64,000 nucleotides of DNA from Tubiluchus corallicola (taxonomy: Eukaryota > Animalia > Priapulida), in the NCBI GenBank assembly GCA_030141605.1, contig JAQGDQ010000005.1, positions 1,736,180 to 1,800,179 on the forward strand. Direction: 5' to 3'. The notes beneath the pieces are model-generated. The model was given only the letters and a program-made list of their open reading frames with translations. It did no database searches and was not told the DNA's origin. Positions within the stretch are counted from its first letter, which is position 1, and every line of letters begins with the position of its first letter. Positions 12,701 through 25,740 of the stretch are shown piece by piece. A program made the position numbers and the translations under genes.

Positions 12701-15700
12701 AATAGGTGTCTTCAATACAGTATAAACAGCTTCTAATCAAAAAAATCCCACGATTGAGAAAGGATAATAAAAACAAGATGTTTCAAACTAGTTCTATGGT
12801 TTGTCTTTGGAAGAAAGAAAAAAGTTTCTGCTGTCTCACTCTAAGATCAGTGACAGTGGCCAGTGATTTGACACTTTTTTGTTTTCCCTTGTGGCTTTAA
12901 TTTGTCGCTCTGTGATTTTTCTACATGACTATCTCTTTTTTAAATGTGATATTTCATGTGTTTATATAAAAAAACCTCCTTAAAAATTAGTATTAGTTAT
13001 TCAATGTGATCTTTTCTCCTTTTCGTTTTCCTTTTTTCTTTTACCTGAAGATAAATTATAGCAGTAAGCTGAAATGTCATGCTTTTTCTGTAACTGGCCA
13101 TATTCATGTCATTAAGAATTACATTTGCATTATAAATGGTTTCTTTACTAACCGTACCGATGCATCAGAGCCACTGGATGGTTCAGTGAGGCAAAATGCA
13201 GCTATCTGTTCACCACTTGCAAGTTTAGGCAGATATTTTTGCTTTTGCTCTGGTGTGCCGTATAGCAAAATTCCTTTAAACCCAATAGACTGGTGAGCAC
13301 CCAGAGTTATGCCAATGCCTGTAAGACACAGTAAACAATTTTTATGTCAAATCCATTCCAGGTACATGTTAAACAATGTATTTACTTTCATTTTTTATAC
13401 AGACTGTATAAACTGTATAATTTTTAAACAGAAAACACAATTTAAAGTAACTTTGCTGCTTTGAAGACTACTTGTTAAATATAAATTATTTAACAACTTT
13501 TTTTTGGATGGCTTTAGAATGGTTGACATGGAGATAATGTATACAGAGGATTGGGCAACCAAGCTTATAACAGCTTCAAAGTACCTGAATGTGAATAATT
13601 TTTTTGGACTGGTGAGTGACCTTGGGCTTGAGTGGGTCAGTTGAATCAGAAGTCAATCTTGTTGAAGGCCAGATCATGAACAATAAATGGTGCAGAGATT
13701 TGGTGCATGGTGGTAAACTGGTTACTTCAGGTGAGTGGGTGGAGGTGACTACATGAAACATAAAATATAGAATTCTAGGCCAGCTTCGGTAACCACTTAC
13801 AAAATGCAGCCAGCTCATAATTTATCTTTTACAAAAATAAAGGTGATACCCATACACTACTATGCACTAGATGTATATGTCATCGGCAGTAACCTTGGGT
13901 TAAAGAGCCAAGGTCACTGATTAAGTGATATATTTACAATCTAGAATTCGATAAACTGAAAAGTCCACCACCACTGCACCAGCAATTACGACCTTGACAG
14001 ATAATTATGCTAATCGAACCAAAAATGATCGGAGGTTAAAATGATCAGAGCACAAAAAATGGGAAAAATAGATAATAGTACTTGCCAAAATCATAAGCAC
14101 CAACAATTTCTACAAGACGTGCATATTGGGTATTTGTCAAACCCAGGCCATTTAATTCCTGCGGAACCTGCAGAATATTGGTACATGTAAATAAAAGTAA
14201 GTAAATTTAAGTAAAAAATTAAAATTTGATAAAAAATGCAGGAGTAATATTACTTCGATACATATTTTGCTCATTAGAAGTTAGACAATGAAAGCATTCA
14301 CTAAATTGCTTCAATCAAATTCAAGCATTGTGTTCATTGTACAAAATTCATTCTTTTAAAGGTCCACTGACACCCTGGTAGACACTTGCTGTCAAAATTC
14401 ACTATTGACTAGCCTGACACAAAAAAGCAGCTTTATTGTTTTATAAACTTGCGTGTTTCGGTTTGGTTAGCATTGAAACATTTTAAATTTAGCGCCGCAC
14501 AGACATCTTGCGAAAGACGAAAAATCCTGGAAGAAAGCGGAAGTGACATCACGTTAGGAACGACACTGCACATGTGTGACTCTTGCTGTATTTACATGTT
14601 GGCAAAATCAAGCAATACGCCGGTAATAAAGAGACTGGTGTTAAGCTCAAATCATAGGTTTGTCCACACTTACTTGAATGCACTATATTTTATAGATGAA
14701 AAAAATATTAATAACGAAGTACAACGTGTAAAAGTTTTAGCATTACAACATTGGTATTTCATTTCACACTGTGCTGCTTTCTTGTTCATTTTCTGATCAC
14801 TTCTGTTTTATAAATGTCTCACTAGCAAGGTATCTTTTGCTCGACGTCCTGTTCAGAAAGTGCTTCTAACAAACACTGATCGCTTTTACGTTTTTCTGCA
14901 CACAAAATTGTAAAAATTACAGCGGATTCATAGGTACAATTAAGAGAAAACAACTAGGGACAAATAAGGCACTAATGACAGGTGATTCTGTTTCCTGGGC
15001 TTTAGCGACGTTTTCAGCCTGTGCAGACCGGGCATACTGTCTGACTGCGCAATAGAAAACGGAAAACTAAGAAATGGCTTTCAGGCAAAATTTTTTTAAC
15101 TCACTAAGGTAGTGCTCCCTACATTTTTAGATACTTGGGAAAACCTTTGTGGCATTTTTTCCAATGTGCAAATAAGGTTTCAGAGAAAAAAATCTTTTAA
15201 TATTTAAGTAAAAAAATGTATCTACCTTGATCTAGGTAAGTTTTGCAGGTATGGAGGACATGGCATAAGTAATTACATAATTGAGTTACGTTTAAAGTTT
15301 TCTTGAAATGGCTAAACTGATAAATAGTTGCAAAAATCTACTTAAACCAAGTCATGACTGAAAGTTTTCCATTAGCAAAGATATAACAAAATTTTAGTTT
15401 TCTAGAACAAATAGCACACATAAAAGATAGCATATATTAAGCAAATTGTGTTACAAATTCACAATACCTGCAGTCCAAATGCACCAAGTTCTCCGAGACC
15501 TTTCAAAATATCATCAGGAATTTTTTCTATTGCATCATTCTTATCAGCGTCATTGATTTCCTACCAAAACATTTACATTTAACAAAATGTTTGTGGTATC
15601 GGAAAACGGCGGAAATTAATGTAAATGCTGTTACAGAATTCTATTATGCAAAATTCATGCAACTGTCATTAGTCATAATATTAAAATTTGTTGCTATTAC

Positions 15701-16627
15701 AAAAGAAAATTTAAAAAAATGCGATATTTTAGAAATTTTAATAACAAATTCTACAATACAAGTACTGAAATACAAAAGAAATGATATATCAAAACTGAAT
15801 TTTGGTTTAAACACTCACCGTGAAAAATTTTTCAGTCGGATCTATAAGCATTTCTAATGTTTGTTTTTGGTCATCATTTAGTACTAAAAAGTAAAGGAAG
15901 GTATGAACAGTTTTCATTCATACAATAGCTAACATAATAACATATTTAACTATACGTTAATGCTTCTTTTTTTACTACAACGTACGTACATGCCCTGATT
16001 TAGGGCAACTAAAAATAAAAAATTATACAAACTAGTCTCATTACCTTCAGGATATGGGAACACTTGAGCTGCTTGAATTTGCCCACGAAACAAACTCATT
16101 GCAAATGATTTGGAACCCTACAAAATACAACTGTGCATAAATTCCTATGTTAGTCAAATAAATATATTGATATTGCACTAAGATTTTCTTTTTTTCTCTC
16201 TCCTTCCACCCCCTCTCTCACTCTCTCTCTCTCTCTCCAGTTCAGCAATCCATGGCATGGCCAAACTAAATGGTTGTAGCAGTATCAGGGTCTACTGTTA
16301 TCAGGGAATCAGGGACAATCCTGTAACATGAATCACTGGTTAAAAGCCTGTTTAAATCATCAATAAAGTATATACCTGATCCTGTCTTGCAGGTGCATTA
16401 TCAGCTAGTAGCCTACTAGGTTGACAGCAAAGTTTGAGCAACACCCTGGGAAAAACAAATATGGATGTTCATATACTAAATAATTTCAATAATTAAAAAC
16501 CAAACAAAATTTACATGTACAACATGATAAATTTTGATAAATTTGGACAAAAAAATCTATTTGGCATTTACCATACGACATTGTCACCTGTGATTACAGC
16601 ACATTTTAACAATACAAATCTAGACAT
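3784..16627 (-). CDS. ACADVL: Very-long-chain acyl-CoA dehydrogenase (mitochondrial), 17 coding exons, ~627 aa
   Basis: Phase-compatible exons in transcript order: 16572-16627 (tentative start, MSRFVLLK), 16376-16445, 16045-16117 ([17 protein letters not shown]), 15819-15883, 15468-15560, 14086-14167 ([17 protein letters not shown]), 13158-13318 ([31 protein letters not shown]), 11789-11902 ([12 protein letters not shown]), 9974-10056, 9559-9757 ([25 protein letters not shown]), 8447-8587, 7684-7780, 7455-7573 ([17 protein letters not shown]), 7114-7284, 5450-5522, 4930-5078 ([18 protein letters not shown]), 3784-3921 (ends HPLGF*). The C-terminal PLGF matches VLCAD rather than ACAD9. Confidence 0.93.
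5693..7047 (-). mobile_element. Decayed Zator-like DNA transposon in an ACADVL intron
   Basis: Termini GGCC...GGCC flanked by TTA on both sides (5690-5692, 7048-7050). Degenerate ~35-bp TIRs: ggccaaacagaaaatatgtttggttggggtaac versus reverse complement ggcctaaaaagtattgtttagttaggataac. Minus strand has frameshifted transposase-like remnants (YSDGGNNHW; [24 protein letters not shown]) and ORF 6098-6373. Confidence 0.7.
12576..12720 (-). repeat. Probable 3' end of a truncated LINE/SINE with (TTTGA)n tail
   Basis: tcaaatcaaatcaaatcaa tract next to a short GC-richer segment, the usual appearance of a minus-strand retroposon tail. Confidence 0.4.
16195..16237. repeat. (CT)n microsatellite / pyrimidine tract
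   Basis: ctctctct run seen directly. Confidence 0.7.
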
Positions 16628-18245
16628 ACAGTGCAAATAAATGGAGCTAAACATATGCAACAGCTTTTATTTTGCACTACTTATATAATAATATATTGCT
16701 TCATTAAATAAAAATGAAGCAAGACAAGCATACTAACTTAATATGTCCTATCCATCAACAACTGTGCTTTACTAGGGGTTGACAGGAAATCAAAAGTAGG
16801 CCCATGTCACACAGAGAAAGGCGTAAAGAGGAAGTTTAATATATAATGCGTAAGCCATAAGGCATCTTCCATCGTCCGTAAGACATTTGACGTAACCTGC
16901 GATATGTTCCTTGCTCTGTGTAAACAGTAAAGTTGTTTCCTGTAATCGGTTTTTGGCAGAAAGCTTGAATTAATAATTTCTTATGGTAATTTGTTAATTT
17001 AGTTGATTCAAAATGAGCCTACCACGGGATTCGGTTGTTTTGTTTTGCTTAAGCAGAAACCAATAATGCAAACCAGACCCACTTTTAGCAACAGGAAAAG
17101 TGAAGGGTAATCTGTATTTCATAACAACACAATATTTCAAATAATCAAGAAAGGTAATTAACATTTTTTCGACTACACCAGAATCTTTCATTTTACGATC
17201 CTTTTGCTACTTCTAAAAAAATCATGTCGCATCAGGTTGGACAATTAACAACAAGTCTATAACAGCTGAGGAAAGACGGTTAACTATGTTGAGATAAGAA
17301 ATTATTTTGCTAGTTTTTAAGGGAATTAATTGGACCTGTGTAGTTACACAAAATAATTTAAAACAGTTTAAAGAGCATATTAAACAAAATATTTCATTAT
17401 AGATGAAAAAGAAGTCTGAGATCATTCATTGCGCTAAGCCATGAAGTATACTAATAAAACTTACTGCAACAATGTTTATTGGCAACTTAGTACAGTAGAC
17501 AGAAATCACACACACAGATGTATAAACAATGTTTCCTGGGGTTATAGTACAAGAAGCTTCACTGTGGCATACACATTTAAGGCCGGAAATGTTCTGTTTC
17601 ATGGTAATGTGTAGTTCTAGATATACACTTAATACGAGTATATAGAATGGCTTGTTATCACGCCGTTGTATTAATTTCATGAATACTGTATTTAAGTAAT
17701 TTTACTCATTACAGAATAACAGATTACTTTTCTAATTCAAAAAATGTGTTTCATTATATAAATCATAATAATCTGCACATATCTAACTGCAGTATTGTGT
17801 TGTGTTTATATCTAACTGCAGTAACTTAAATGCTGTGTTTAAAACATTAATTTTCAATGTTCATAATACCATTATGTTACGAGTTCTTATGACATAAATG
17901 AACTGTGTAACGTAAAAAGCTCAAAAACGCTAATCATTATGTTAGCGATAAACAAAAATGCCTTATTGCAAATAAAATTACTGAACAATTTCATTTCCCA
18001 ATAAGGCACCTTAAGAACTGTCCAGTATGGTTTGTGAGAAGCCTACGGCAGATTATGGCTGACAGTAGTAGCCCGCAGTAGGCGGAAGATGGCAAAGGCT
18101 TTATTTCTGTGACAGATACCATTGATCAGCACATATTCATTTTTTATGACGCCAATTTTTCTCCTCACCACTTATGCCTTAAGGATTATGTCCAGCTCTC
18201 TGTGACACCGACCTTTATGACATCCATCCTAAACAAATCTGATAG

Positions 18246-19110
18246 CAGAGGCGTAGCAAGCTAGGGGCGACAGTGGGCAATCGCCCCCTGGCACAAGGGC
18301 AAGAGGGCGCAAAATTGTTCTAGAGTTCAATGACTGTTAATTATTAACTACTAGTCCAACATTAACAAAACAATTAACAAAACTTTTCAATTAACAATTG
18401 CCTAGTCAGAGATCACCGTTGCTGACATAATTACAGCCTAGAAAAAAGCTTACGTTATTATTTAACAGCGTGTGTAGGGTGTCATGTGGCTCAGCAGATC
18501 GATAATTTTGGGAGAAACAGTGGCATTATTCTCTAAATGCCATTTGTATTATTGTAAAAACATGTAGCGTTCTGTAGTGGTTGTCATAATATTTGCATGT
18601 TTTAATGCTGGAGCTGAATGTTTAAGGACTTTCGCATTATGAGCAACTTATGCACAGAAAAGAGTTATTCTGGTGCAGTATTGCAAATGAAAGTCAGGGT
18701 GATTCCTAGAAAAATACTGTTTATATTTATGCCATCATGTCCAAAAAGGAAAGTCGGGCTCAGGGACACAAAAAAATGTGCACAATTTGTGGCTTCCCAC
18801 CACGAAACAAATATCAAAACATTAAAACGCTAGGCCATAAGAAGTTTTTTGGCCACAAGCTACCACAAGGGATACTACAGGGCTACCACAAGCACTTACT
18901 ATACTACTGCCTCATAGTTTCTACTTACCGAGAGTGTCTATGCATTGTAAAAGAGCACGGTGCGCGAAACAATGTAGAAGAAGGAACTAATCTCACAAAA
19001 TTCTTTGTAGACGGCATAGCAGCACTAATGAATTCAACTAAGTATAAGCTGTCCAGGAAAATTAATAAAAAATCTGAAAAATGCAAAAAATATTTTGAGA
19101 TTTAACAATA
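18246..19110 (+). mobile_element. Possible decayed hAT-like transposon 5' end
   Basis: GC-rich terminus cagaggcgtagcaagctaggggcgacagtgggcaatcgcccc resembles hAT-type MITE ends. Broken ORFs follow (MSKKESRAQGHKK). No partner TIR found. Confidence 0.35.
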
Positions 19111-19753
19111 CATCACTAACGATATTAATACAGTGTGAAAAAGAGTCATAAAACTTGCCTGCTGACACTTGACAATTAATGAAGTGCTTCTAAATAAGGA
19201 ATTACAGTTCAAGTTAATTACCATCTGTAGTCAGCACACAGTTTGTATGCCTGCACGCCCAGGTATTTCAGCGCTTTTGTTACTTCTGCATTCCGGTTTA
19301 AAAACAGTTTCATTTCTTACTATTCTGCTGGCAAGGACAAGCATTTTAATCTCAAAAGACGAACAGTTTAAGCATAAAAATTCACATTATACAAAATTTC
19401 TTCATCAAAAGCAAAGCAGAAGGAGCATTTTACATTGCATTGCAATATTTTACACTAAGCATCTCTGACCTAAATCATTCACATATCAGTTTGGCAGCAG
19501 TTTAATCAAAGCTTGACAAAAGCCTTCAAGTTCAAAACAGCAGGAGTAATATCGTGCTTTTCTGCGCTCTTGCACCTTCTAGTTTTTTAAACTTTCTTCA
19601 AGGCTATTTTATCCATCTCAGCCAATTCATAACTTTAATTTAAATATAAACTCTGATCCAATTTGGGCAAGTTTTGTTTTACGACAAGTAAATTACCCAA
19701 AAATTGTACTGTATTTGGCCTCCTAGCTATTTTGTAGCCTATAATAACAACTA

Positions 19754-20000
19754 GTGCACATTGACCATTCTAACTTAAAGTTGAAGCATGGCATGTATAA
19801 TCTGCTCATATCTCAAAGAACAGAGGAAATGGATCTTGGAACCACTGTTACAAACAACCTAAAGCCAGCAATGCATATACATGTAGTACCAAAGGTCAAA
19901 AAAGTAAATTCAATGCTAGGCATGATCAGCAGAAGCTTTGTTCCCATGTGATAAGGAGATTATACCAAAGAGACATCCAAAGTTCAACCAATGAGTAGTA
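19754..20000 (+). mobile_element. CR1-like LINE fragment (RT thumb region)
   Basis: EEMDLGTTVTNNLKPAMHI..KVNSMLGMISRSF resembles the CR1 ORF2 motif E-K-DLG...AN.MLG.I.R.F. Confidence 0.65.
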
Positions 20001-20629
20001 TATAGTTCCCCATCCACATTACATTAAAGACATTGAATAATAAGTACTTTTGCAATGCAATAAACTACAAGTCTAATTAAAGCCACTTCTGTCTTAGAAA
20101 ACAGAACGTGCACAAAAACAGGCTAAGGTGTTAAAATATTACATAGAGTTCATAAAGTATTAAAAAAGAAAGATGGCAAAATAGACTACACAGCTCCAGC
20201 AAGCATTAGTGAAAATCTTCAAAAGGCAAATAATGTGCCTCAGGTATCCTAGCTTGAAGACTGAAGAACTCTGAATGACCAAAGCTTCGCATTCCCCATT
20301 AGTACTCATCCCCCATCCCTCATTTGAGTTTGACACCAAAATGATGCCGAATTAAACCATTTACCATATTGCCAACGAATTCAAAGGAAATGCAAACTTT
20401 AAAAATGAGTAGAGTGCAGAACTGATGACAGTAACAGTGACATCTATTTAATCCTGAATGTATTGTACGTTTTGAGACATACAATACGTACGTACATAGA
20501 CATAGTATGTACATAGACGCAGAAAAGGCTATCTCATTTTACTGCTGAAACTTTCTAGCATTTTTCTCAAATATTAAAATAAACTTAACTTCAAGAAAGA
20601 CTCGGCTTTTCTATTAAAACAACAGACTG

Positions 20630-22260
20630 TTATTATGCAAATAATGCCTCCTAGTACTTTACTTATGTATTTTCAAGTACCCGGAATGACCATGCCATAT
20701 TTCACACTCTCACTAAAAAAGAACAGATAAATTTTTGTAAGCCTTGGATTACTCCTGGCATTCTCACTTCTATTCGCACGAGAATAAAACTTTATAAAAC
20801 ACATAAGTTATCATAATCTACACACAAGAGGAGTTACTACAAATTGTATTCAAATAAACTCAACCATATTAAACAAAACTCAAAGAAGAAACACTATGAC
20901 TATGCTTATTTATGCTAAACAAAAATAATACTAAAAAGACCTGGAGTACCATCAGCATTGTGCTGAAGCTCAAAAAATATATCTTACCCACGCAGTTAGA
21001 TTTCAATTGTAATACTGTCACTAATTCTCTTGGCATTGCTAACTGTTTTAACAATTTTTTTCAGTCGGTAGGTCAAAACATGGCAAAAAATATTGCACCT
21101 TCCAATACAAATTTAAATTGTACCTATCTCCCCTTCCAACAAATCAATTTTTCTAGACCCTGTTACAGAATATGAGATTAAAGCAGCCCTCTCTAAACTA
21201 AATGAAGGCAAATCACCAGGCCCGGAAAACATATCAGTTAAATTTTATAAGCTGTCTGCTGATGTTATAGCACCTATATTAGTTTGTCTGATCAATAACT
21301 CAATAATTCAAGGTATTTCTGTTTACTTCAAGGTACAGCAGAATTTGCTAAAAATATTCTTCACTGTTTAGATAAAAAATCAATAGTATGTAGCATATTC
21401 TTAGACCTGTTGAATGCATTCGGCACTGTTCAACATGACATATTACTACATAAATTAGATAACTACGGTGTCAGAGGTCAAGCCTTACAATTACATAAGT
21501 CATATTTAAACAATCTCCAACAATTCACTCAAATTCAACAAACTAGGTCGTATCTAGCAAAAATCAATTGTGGGGTGCCACAAGAGTCATCTATCCTCAG
21601 TCCTCTCTTCTTTTTGATATACATAAATGACTTGAACCTAACCACACGTGAGACCAGTTTCTTTCTTCATGATATTAATGTAAAATCTTTACAAAATCGT
21701 ACGAATTTTGAACAATCGAAAGTAAACAGCTGGAGGTTGCCAAACAAACTATCAGTAAATTACTGTAAAACAAAATTTATGCTAAATGGCAGGGAAATAT
21801 CTCCAGATGACAGAAATGATTTTAATATTAAGCTAGGCAACTATAGATTAACACAAGAAATTTGTATCAAATACCTTGGGCTCCAAATTGACAATTATTT
21901 AACATGGCGATCACATATTAAAACCATTACAACAAAATTGAGTAAAACAGCTGGTATATTTGCCAAGCTGCATTACTGTATAAATACTCTTATATTAATA
22001 ATGATTTACTATGCCCTTGCATACCCTTATTTGCAATATTGTGTGTTGACGTGGAGAAAAACCAAGCAGTATATTTTACAGCCATTGAAAACAGAGTAAA
22101 ATAAAATTGTTAAATTGATCCCTTTTAGTAATTTTCATGCTCATGCTACACCTTCATATATTCAGCTTAAACTTTTAAAATTGGAAGATATTTACATTTT
22201 AGAATTGTTCAAACTCATAGAAATTATTTTATTAAAATAAGCAATATTCATTCCTTCTGT
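20630..22260 (+). mobile_element. Degenerate CR1/L2-group (Crack/Daphne-like) LINE ORF2 fragment
   Basis: PWITPGILTSIRTR (~20742), KSPGPENIS (~21210), AFGTVQHDILLHKLDNYGVRG, GVPQESSILSPLFFLIYINDL, KYLGLQID..W..HI, YPYLQYC. Contains frameshifts and stops, and the YADD segment is missing. Confidence 0.88.
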
Positions 22261-22656
22261 TTGATGGCGGTACAATTCTCATTACAGCCTAAATAGCCTT
22301 CATAGTGGGTGTGGTGTGTGTGTACAGCATGCAAAAGTAAATTTATCTATTTCCTAAAATTTAAAATTGTTTATAATAATATACAGTTATCCTGTAGCTA
22401 AATAGGCAAACGGTAAGTTTACATGCACCTTTATAGCTTGCTACTATTAATTTTATTATGTTTTTATAGGGGCATTCTCAATTTTAAGTATTAAATGTTT
22501 TTTACGATCTCTGAACTACTTCGTTAAATTTTTATACTGTATCACAGAAATTATTTCTGTACACTGTACAACTACAGTATACTATAAAGTATAATATTAG
22601 AATAAAGGCAATATGTACAGGGCTGTATGGTCGTATGTTAGAATGCCCTCGCATTC

Positions 22657-22777
22657 TTTTGTTGTGTCTTGATGTAATACCAAGGCAATACTGTCTATGC
22701 GTGCGAAATAAAATGATACTTTGTACACTAGGCTTACCTCTTCAATTTTGCATCTAACGATCTAAATTATAAATTCA
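22657..22777. repeat. Left arm of ~120-bp inverted repeat (partner at 24913-25033)
   Basis: The reverse complement (tgaatttataatttagatc...gtattacatcaagacacaacaaaa) matches 24913-25033 with a few substitutions and indels. Confidence 0.88.
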
Positions 22778-23048
22778 GGAAATTTGGCTTTGTTATTAGT
22801 TTCTAAGTCTACTACTACTAATTGCCTAGTAATTATAATTTTATAAACACTAATACGAGCAAAGCAACAGTTTGCTCAATGAACTTCGACCTAGTTTTCT
22901 ATGAGTACAACCAGAAATCTTTTTTTACATGATTTCACTAGTTAAGTTAGTTGAACGATTTCTGCTACTGCTGACAGTGACAGATAACCTGCCCAATGTC
23001 TGCAATAGACGTGATGGGCGTATGATGATGATGATGATCAAACGTTGA

Positions 23049-24904
23049 GAGCAGGATGCCCAGCCATATAAGCAGGCGAGCATTTAAGACAAAATACTTT
23101 AATTGTCAGTGGCTTGTCAGCGCCACTTCCGTTGCTATAGAACCAGCTAAAAAAACCTGCAGGAGGACAAATGTTAACATATTTAGATTTTGCACAGAAA
23201 GATTTAAACACTTCAGCATTGATCCTTAGAAATAAATCCACTTGGGGCATTGCAGCCTGTAGGGAGTCCTGGCATAGAGAGGTGAGCAGAATCATGTCAA
23301 TGCCAATCAGGGCAATGTTAGAATATAACAGGTTTTATAAAAATGAAGTGTACATAATTTTTTTGTGACATAGAAAAGTGTTTTGATAAGTTATGGTTGA
23401 AAGATGCATTGGCAGAATTATAGAGGATGGGCATATCACCAGGAGAAATTTTTATGATATATAAACTAAATGAAATTGCAGAAATAGTTATAGAAACACC
23501 ATTGGGTAAAACATACCAGATAGAAATAAATGAAATAGTCCGACAGGGAACAGTGCTGGGACCATTACTATATTGTGCTGCAATAAACCGGATTAATGAG
23601 ATGGTGATAACAGGGACTGTAATGGGCAGGAATATACATGTGGGTAGGTTATTATTCATTGACGATATTGTCGGAATAGGACAAAAAACTATAATCAAAC
23701 AGATGATTAAAAACTGTCAAGAAATTGAAAGAACCAAAAGATTATCTTTCAATATTGAGAAAACACAATATATGAGAACTAACATGACACGAAAGAAAAG
23801 GATTCCAGAATTATGTGAGTCACTAAGTAACGGAGAAATTAAGGAAGCAGAGGAATACCAATATTTGGGAGATTGGAGTTATGAAACAATGTTGGGAAAA
23901 ATAAAATGATAATTAGTTACATCAATACAATAGGAGGTGAGCTGAAAGTGGGAGATTCCTCAATAGGGGTAAAACTAATGCTGCACGAGCTTCTTTCAAT
24001 GAGTGCAGTGCTAAATAGTTCTGAGACATGGTCAAATTTGACAACAACTGATTGGGAGAAATTAGAAATGATTCAAGCAAATGCTTTAAAAACATTATTT
24101 AATCTTAGTGAATCAATGCCATATTGGGGATTAGTAACTGAAATAGGCATATGGCCTCTAAAACATAAAGTAAATTATAGGAGATTGATGTTCTATTGGA
24201 ATTTACTGATTAGTAAACCAAAGAGATTAGCATCAGAGGTACTCGAAATGCAAATAAACAGTGCACATAAAAGGTCATGGTATAATGAAGGAGTTGCAAA
24301 AAAGATGCCATAGATGCTAATAAAGAAAAAAGTCTGAATGGAAGAAAGAAATAAAGAATAAGATTGAATGTTGTATAAAGAATGAATGTGCAGAAAAATG
24401 CAGGAGCAGCACTAAATTAAGATTTTTAAGGCATACCGAGTGGAATTGACAAAATTACATAGACACATGCAAGCCAGAAGAGGTTAAAGATATATTGAAA
24501 ATAAGACTGAATATGTTTAACGTTAAAGGGAACTACAAGAAAGAGTTTAAGGATCAGTTATTACGCCCAGTGTGTGAGGAAGATGATGACACTACTGAAC
24601 ATATGCTTAGATGTTACAGATATGGAGAATGGAAAAAAATTTTGAACTCAGATGTATTAATGAACAGTGAAAAGGAAGGATTGCTAGAAATTGGAAATCT
24701 AGTGAACGAATGTATGGAATACAGGATAAAGACAAATAAAGACATTAAACTTGGAAAAGACAACTAAAAGATCAGCGTTATAAAAGAATAGACTTTGCAC
24801 CCTATAAAGGTGCCCGCCTCTGATAGGTGGAGAGAGTCGAGTATTGCAATCGCAATCGCAATGTCCCTGGACGTATGATTCATTGATGATGATGATGATG
24901 ATGG
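23049..24904 (+). mobile_element. Composite retroposon insertion: RTE-like 3' fragment with (GAT)n tail, split by a second LINE
   Basis: Flanked by direct repeat tcaaacgttga (23038-23048, 24905-24915). Segments 23134-23298 plus 24866-24904 match the RTE-like 3' end at 25313-25503. Confidence 0.75.
23299..24860 (+). mobile_element. 5'-truncated non-LTR retrotransposon (RT plus C-terminal Cys/His motif) nested in the RTE-like fragment
   Basis: DIEKCFDKLWLKD, VRQGTVLGPLL, LLFIDD, YQYLG and PVCEEDDDTTEHMLRC motifs; (gcaatc)n tail; ATGTC direct repeat at 23294-23298 and 24861-24865; stops and frameshifts. Confidence 0.85.
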
Positions 24905-24912
24905 TCAAACGT

Positions 24913-25033
24913 TGAATTTATAATTTAGATCATTAGTGCAAAATTGAAAAGATAAGCCTAGTGTACAAAGTATAAGAATCATTTTATTTCGCACGCATAG
25001 ATAGTATTGGTATTACATCAAGATACAACAAAA
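24913..25033. repeat. Right arm of ~120-bp inverted repeat
   Basis: Reverse complement of 22657-22777. Confidence 0.88.
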
Positions 25034-25503
25034 ATTAGAATATTCTCAGCCTTAGTTGAAACTGTATTTCTGTATAACTCTGAGCTCTGGACATTAAAAG
25101 CAAATCATAAAGCTGAAATGGATGCGTTTCAAAAGCAAAATTAAAGAAACATTTAGGATATCAGACGGCCAAAGGAAATCTCAAACAAAGATATATATGA
25201 AAAAATAAAAGAACAACCTATGACAAGAAAAATAAAAAGATGCTGTTTAAGATGGATTGAACATATGCTTACACAACCTGATTATATTCCAGTGAAGATA
25301 GCTTTTCACCAAGCCATAGAACCAGCTTAAAAACCTGCAAGAGGACAAATGTTAACATATTTAGATTTTGCACAGAAAGGTTTAAACACTTCAGCATTGA
25401 TCCTTAGGAATAAATACACTTGGGGCTTTGCAGCGAGCAGGGAATCCTGGCATAGGGAGGTGAACAGAAATCCCTAGACGTATGTTTCATTGGATGATGA
25501 TGA
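25034..25503 (+). mobile_element. RTE-like LINE 3' fragment with (GAT)n tail
   Basis: RIFSALVETVFLYNSELWTL, LRWIEHML and WGFAASRESW motifs of the RTE ORF C-terminus; ends cattggatgatgatg. Confidence 0.8.
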
Positions 25504-25740
25504 ACATCTCAAACATACCAGATCGCATGTTTTGATAAGTGTAATAATAACTTAGATGAAATTGTGCAATATTAGTAATAATTTTCAGTTGTTACTAAAA
25601 AAACAATGAAGTTAACAGCGTCCTAGCAAATGCGGATGCCTTGTATCATGATTGGGCTAATTATTATAAGTAGCTCAAGTAGGCCTACGTAAATAAACTG
25701 TAATCATTATGGATGCAGCATCATCATCTCTGAGATGCTG

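Noticed and set aside
13610-13920. 11-bp inverted repeat agtgaccttgg / ccaaggtcact
   Set aside because: Too short, no TSD, and no further pairing seen.
14357-15300. Possible Kolobok-like MITE starting ttaaaggtccactga
   Set aside because: No matching right TIR could be found by eye.
16994-17191. ORF MKDSGVVEK.. as the ACADVL first exon
   Set aside because: Its donor is phase 1 while the next exon needs phase 2, and it lacks mitochondrial-presequence character.
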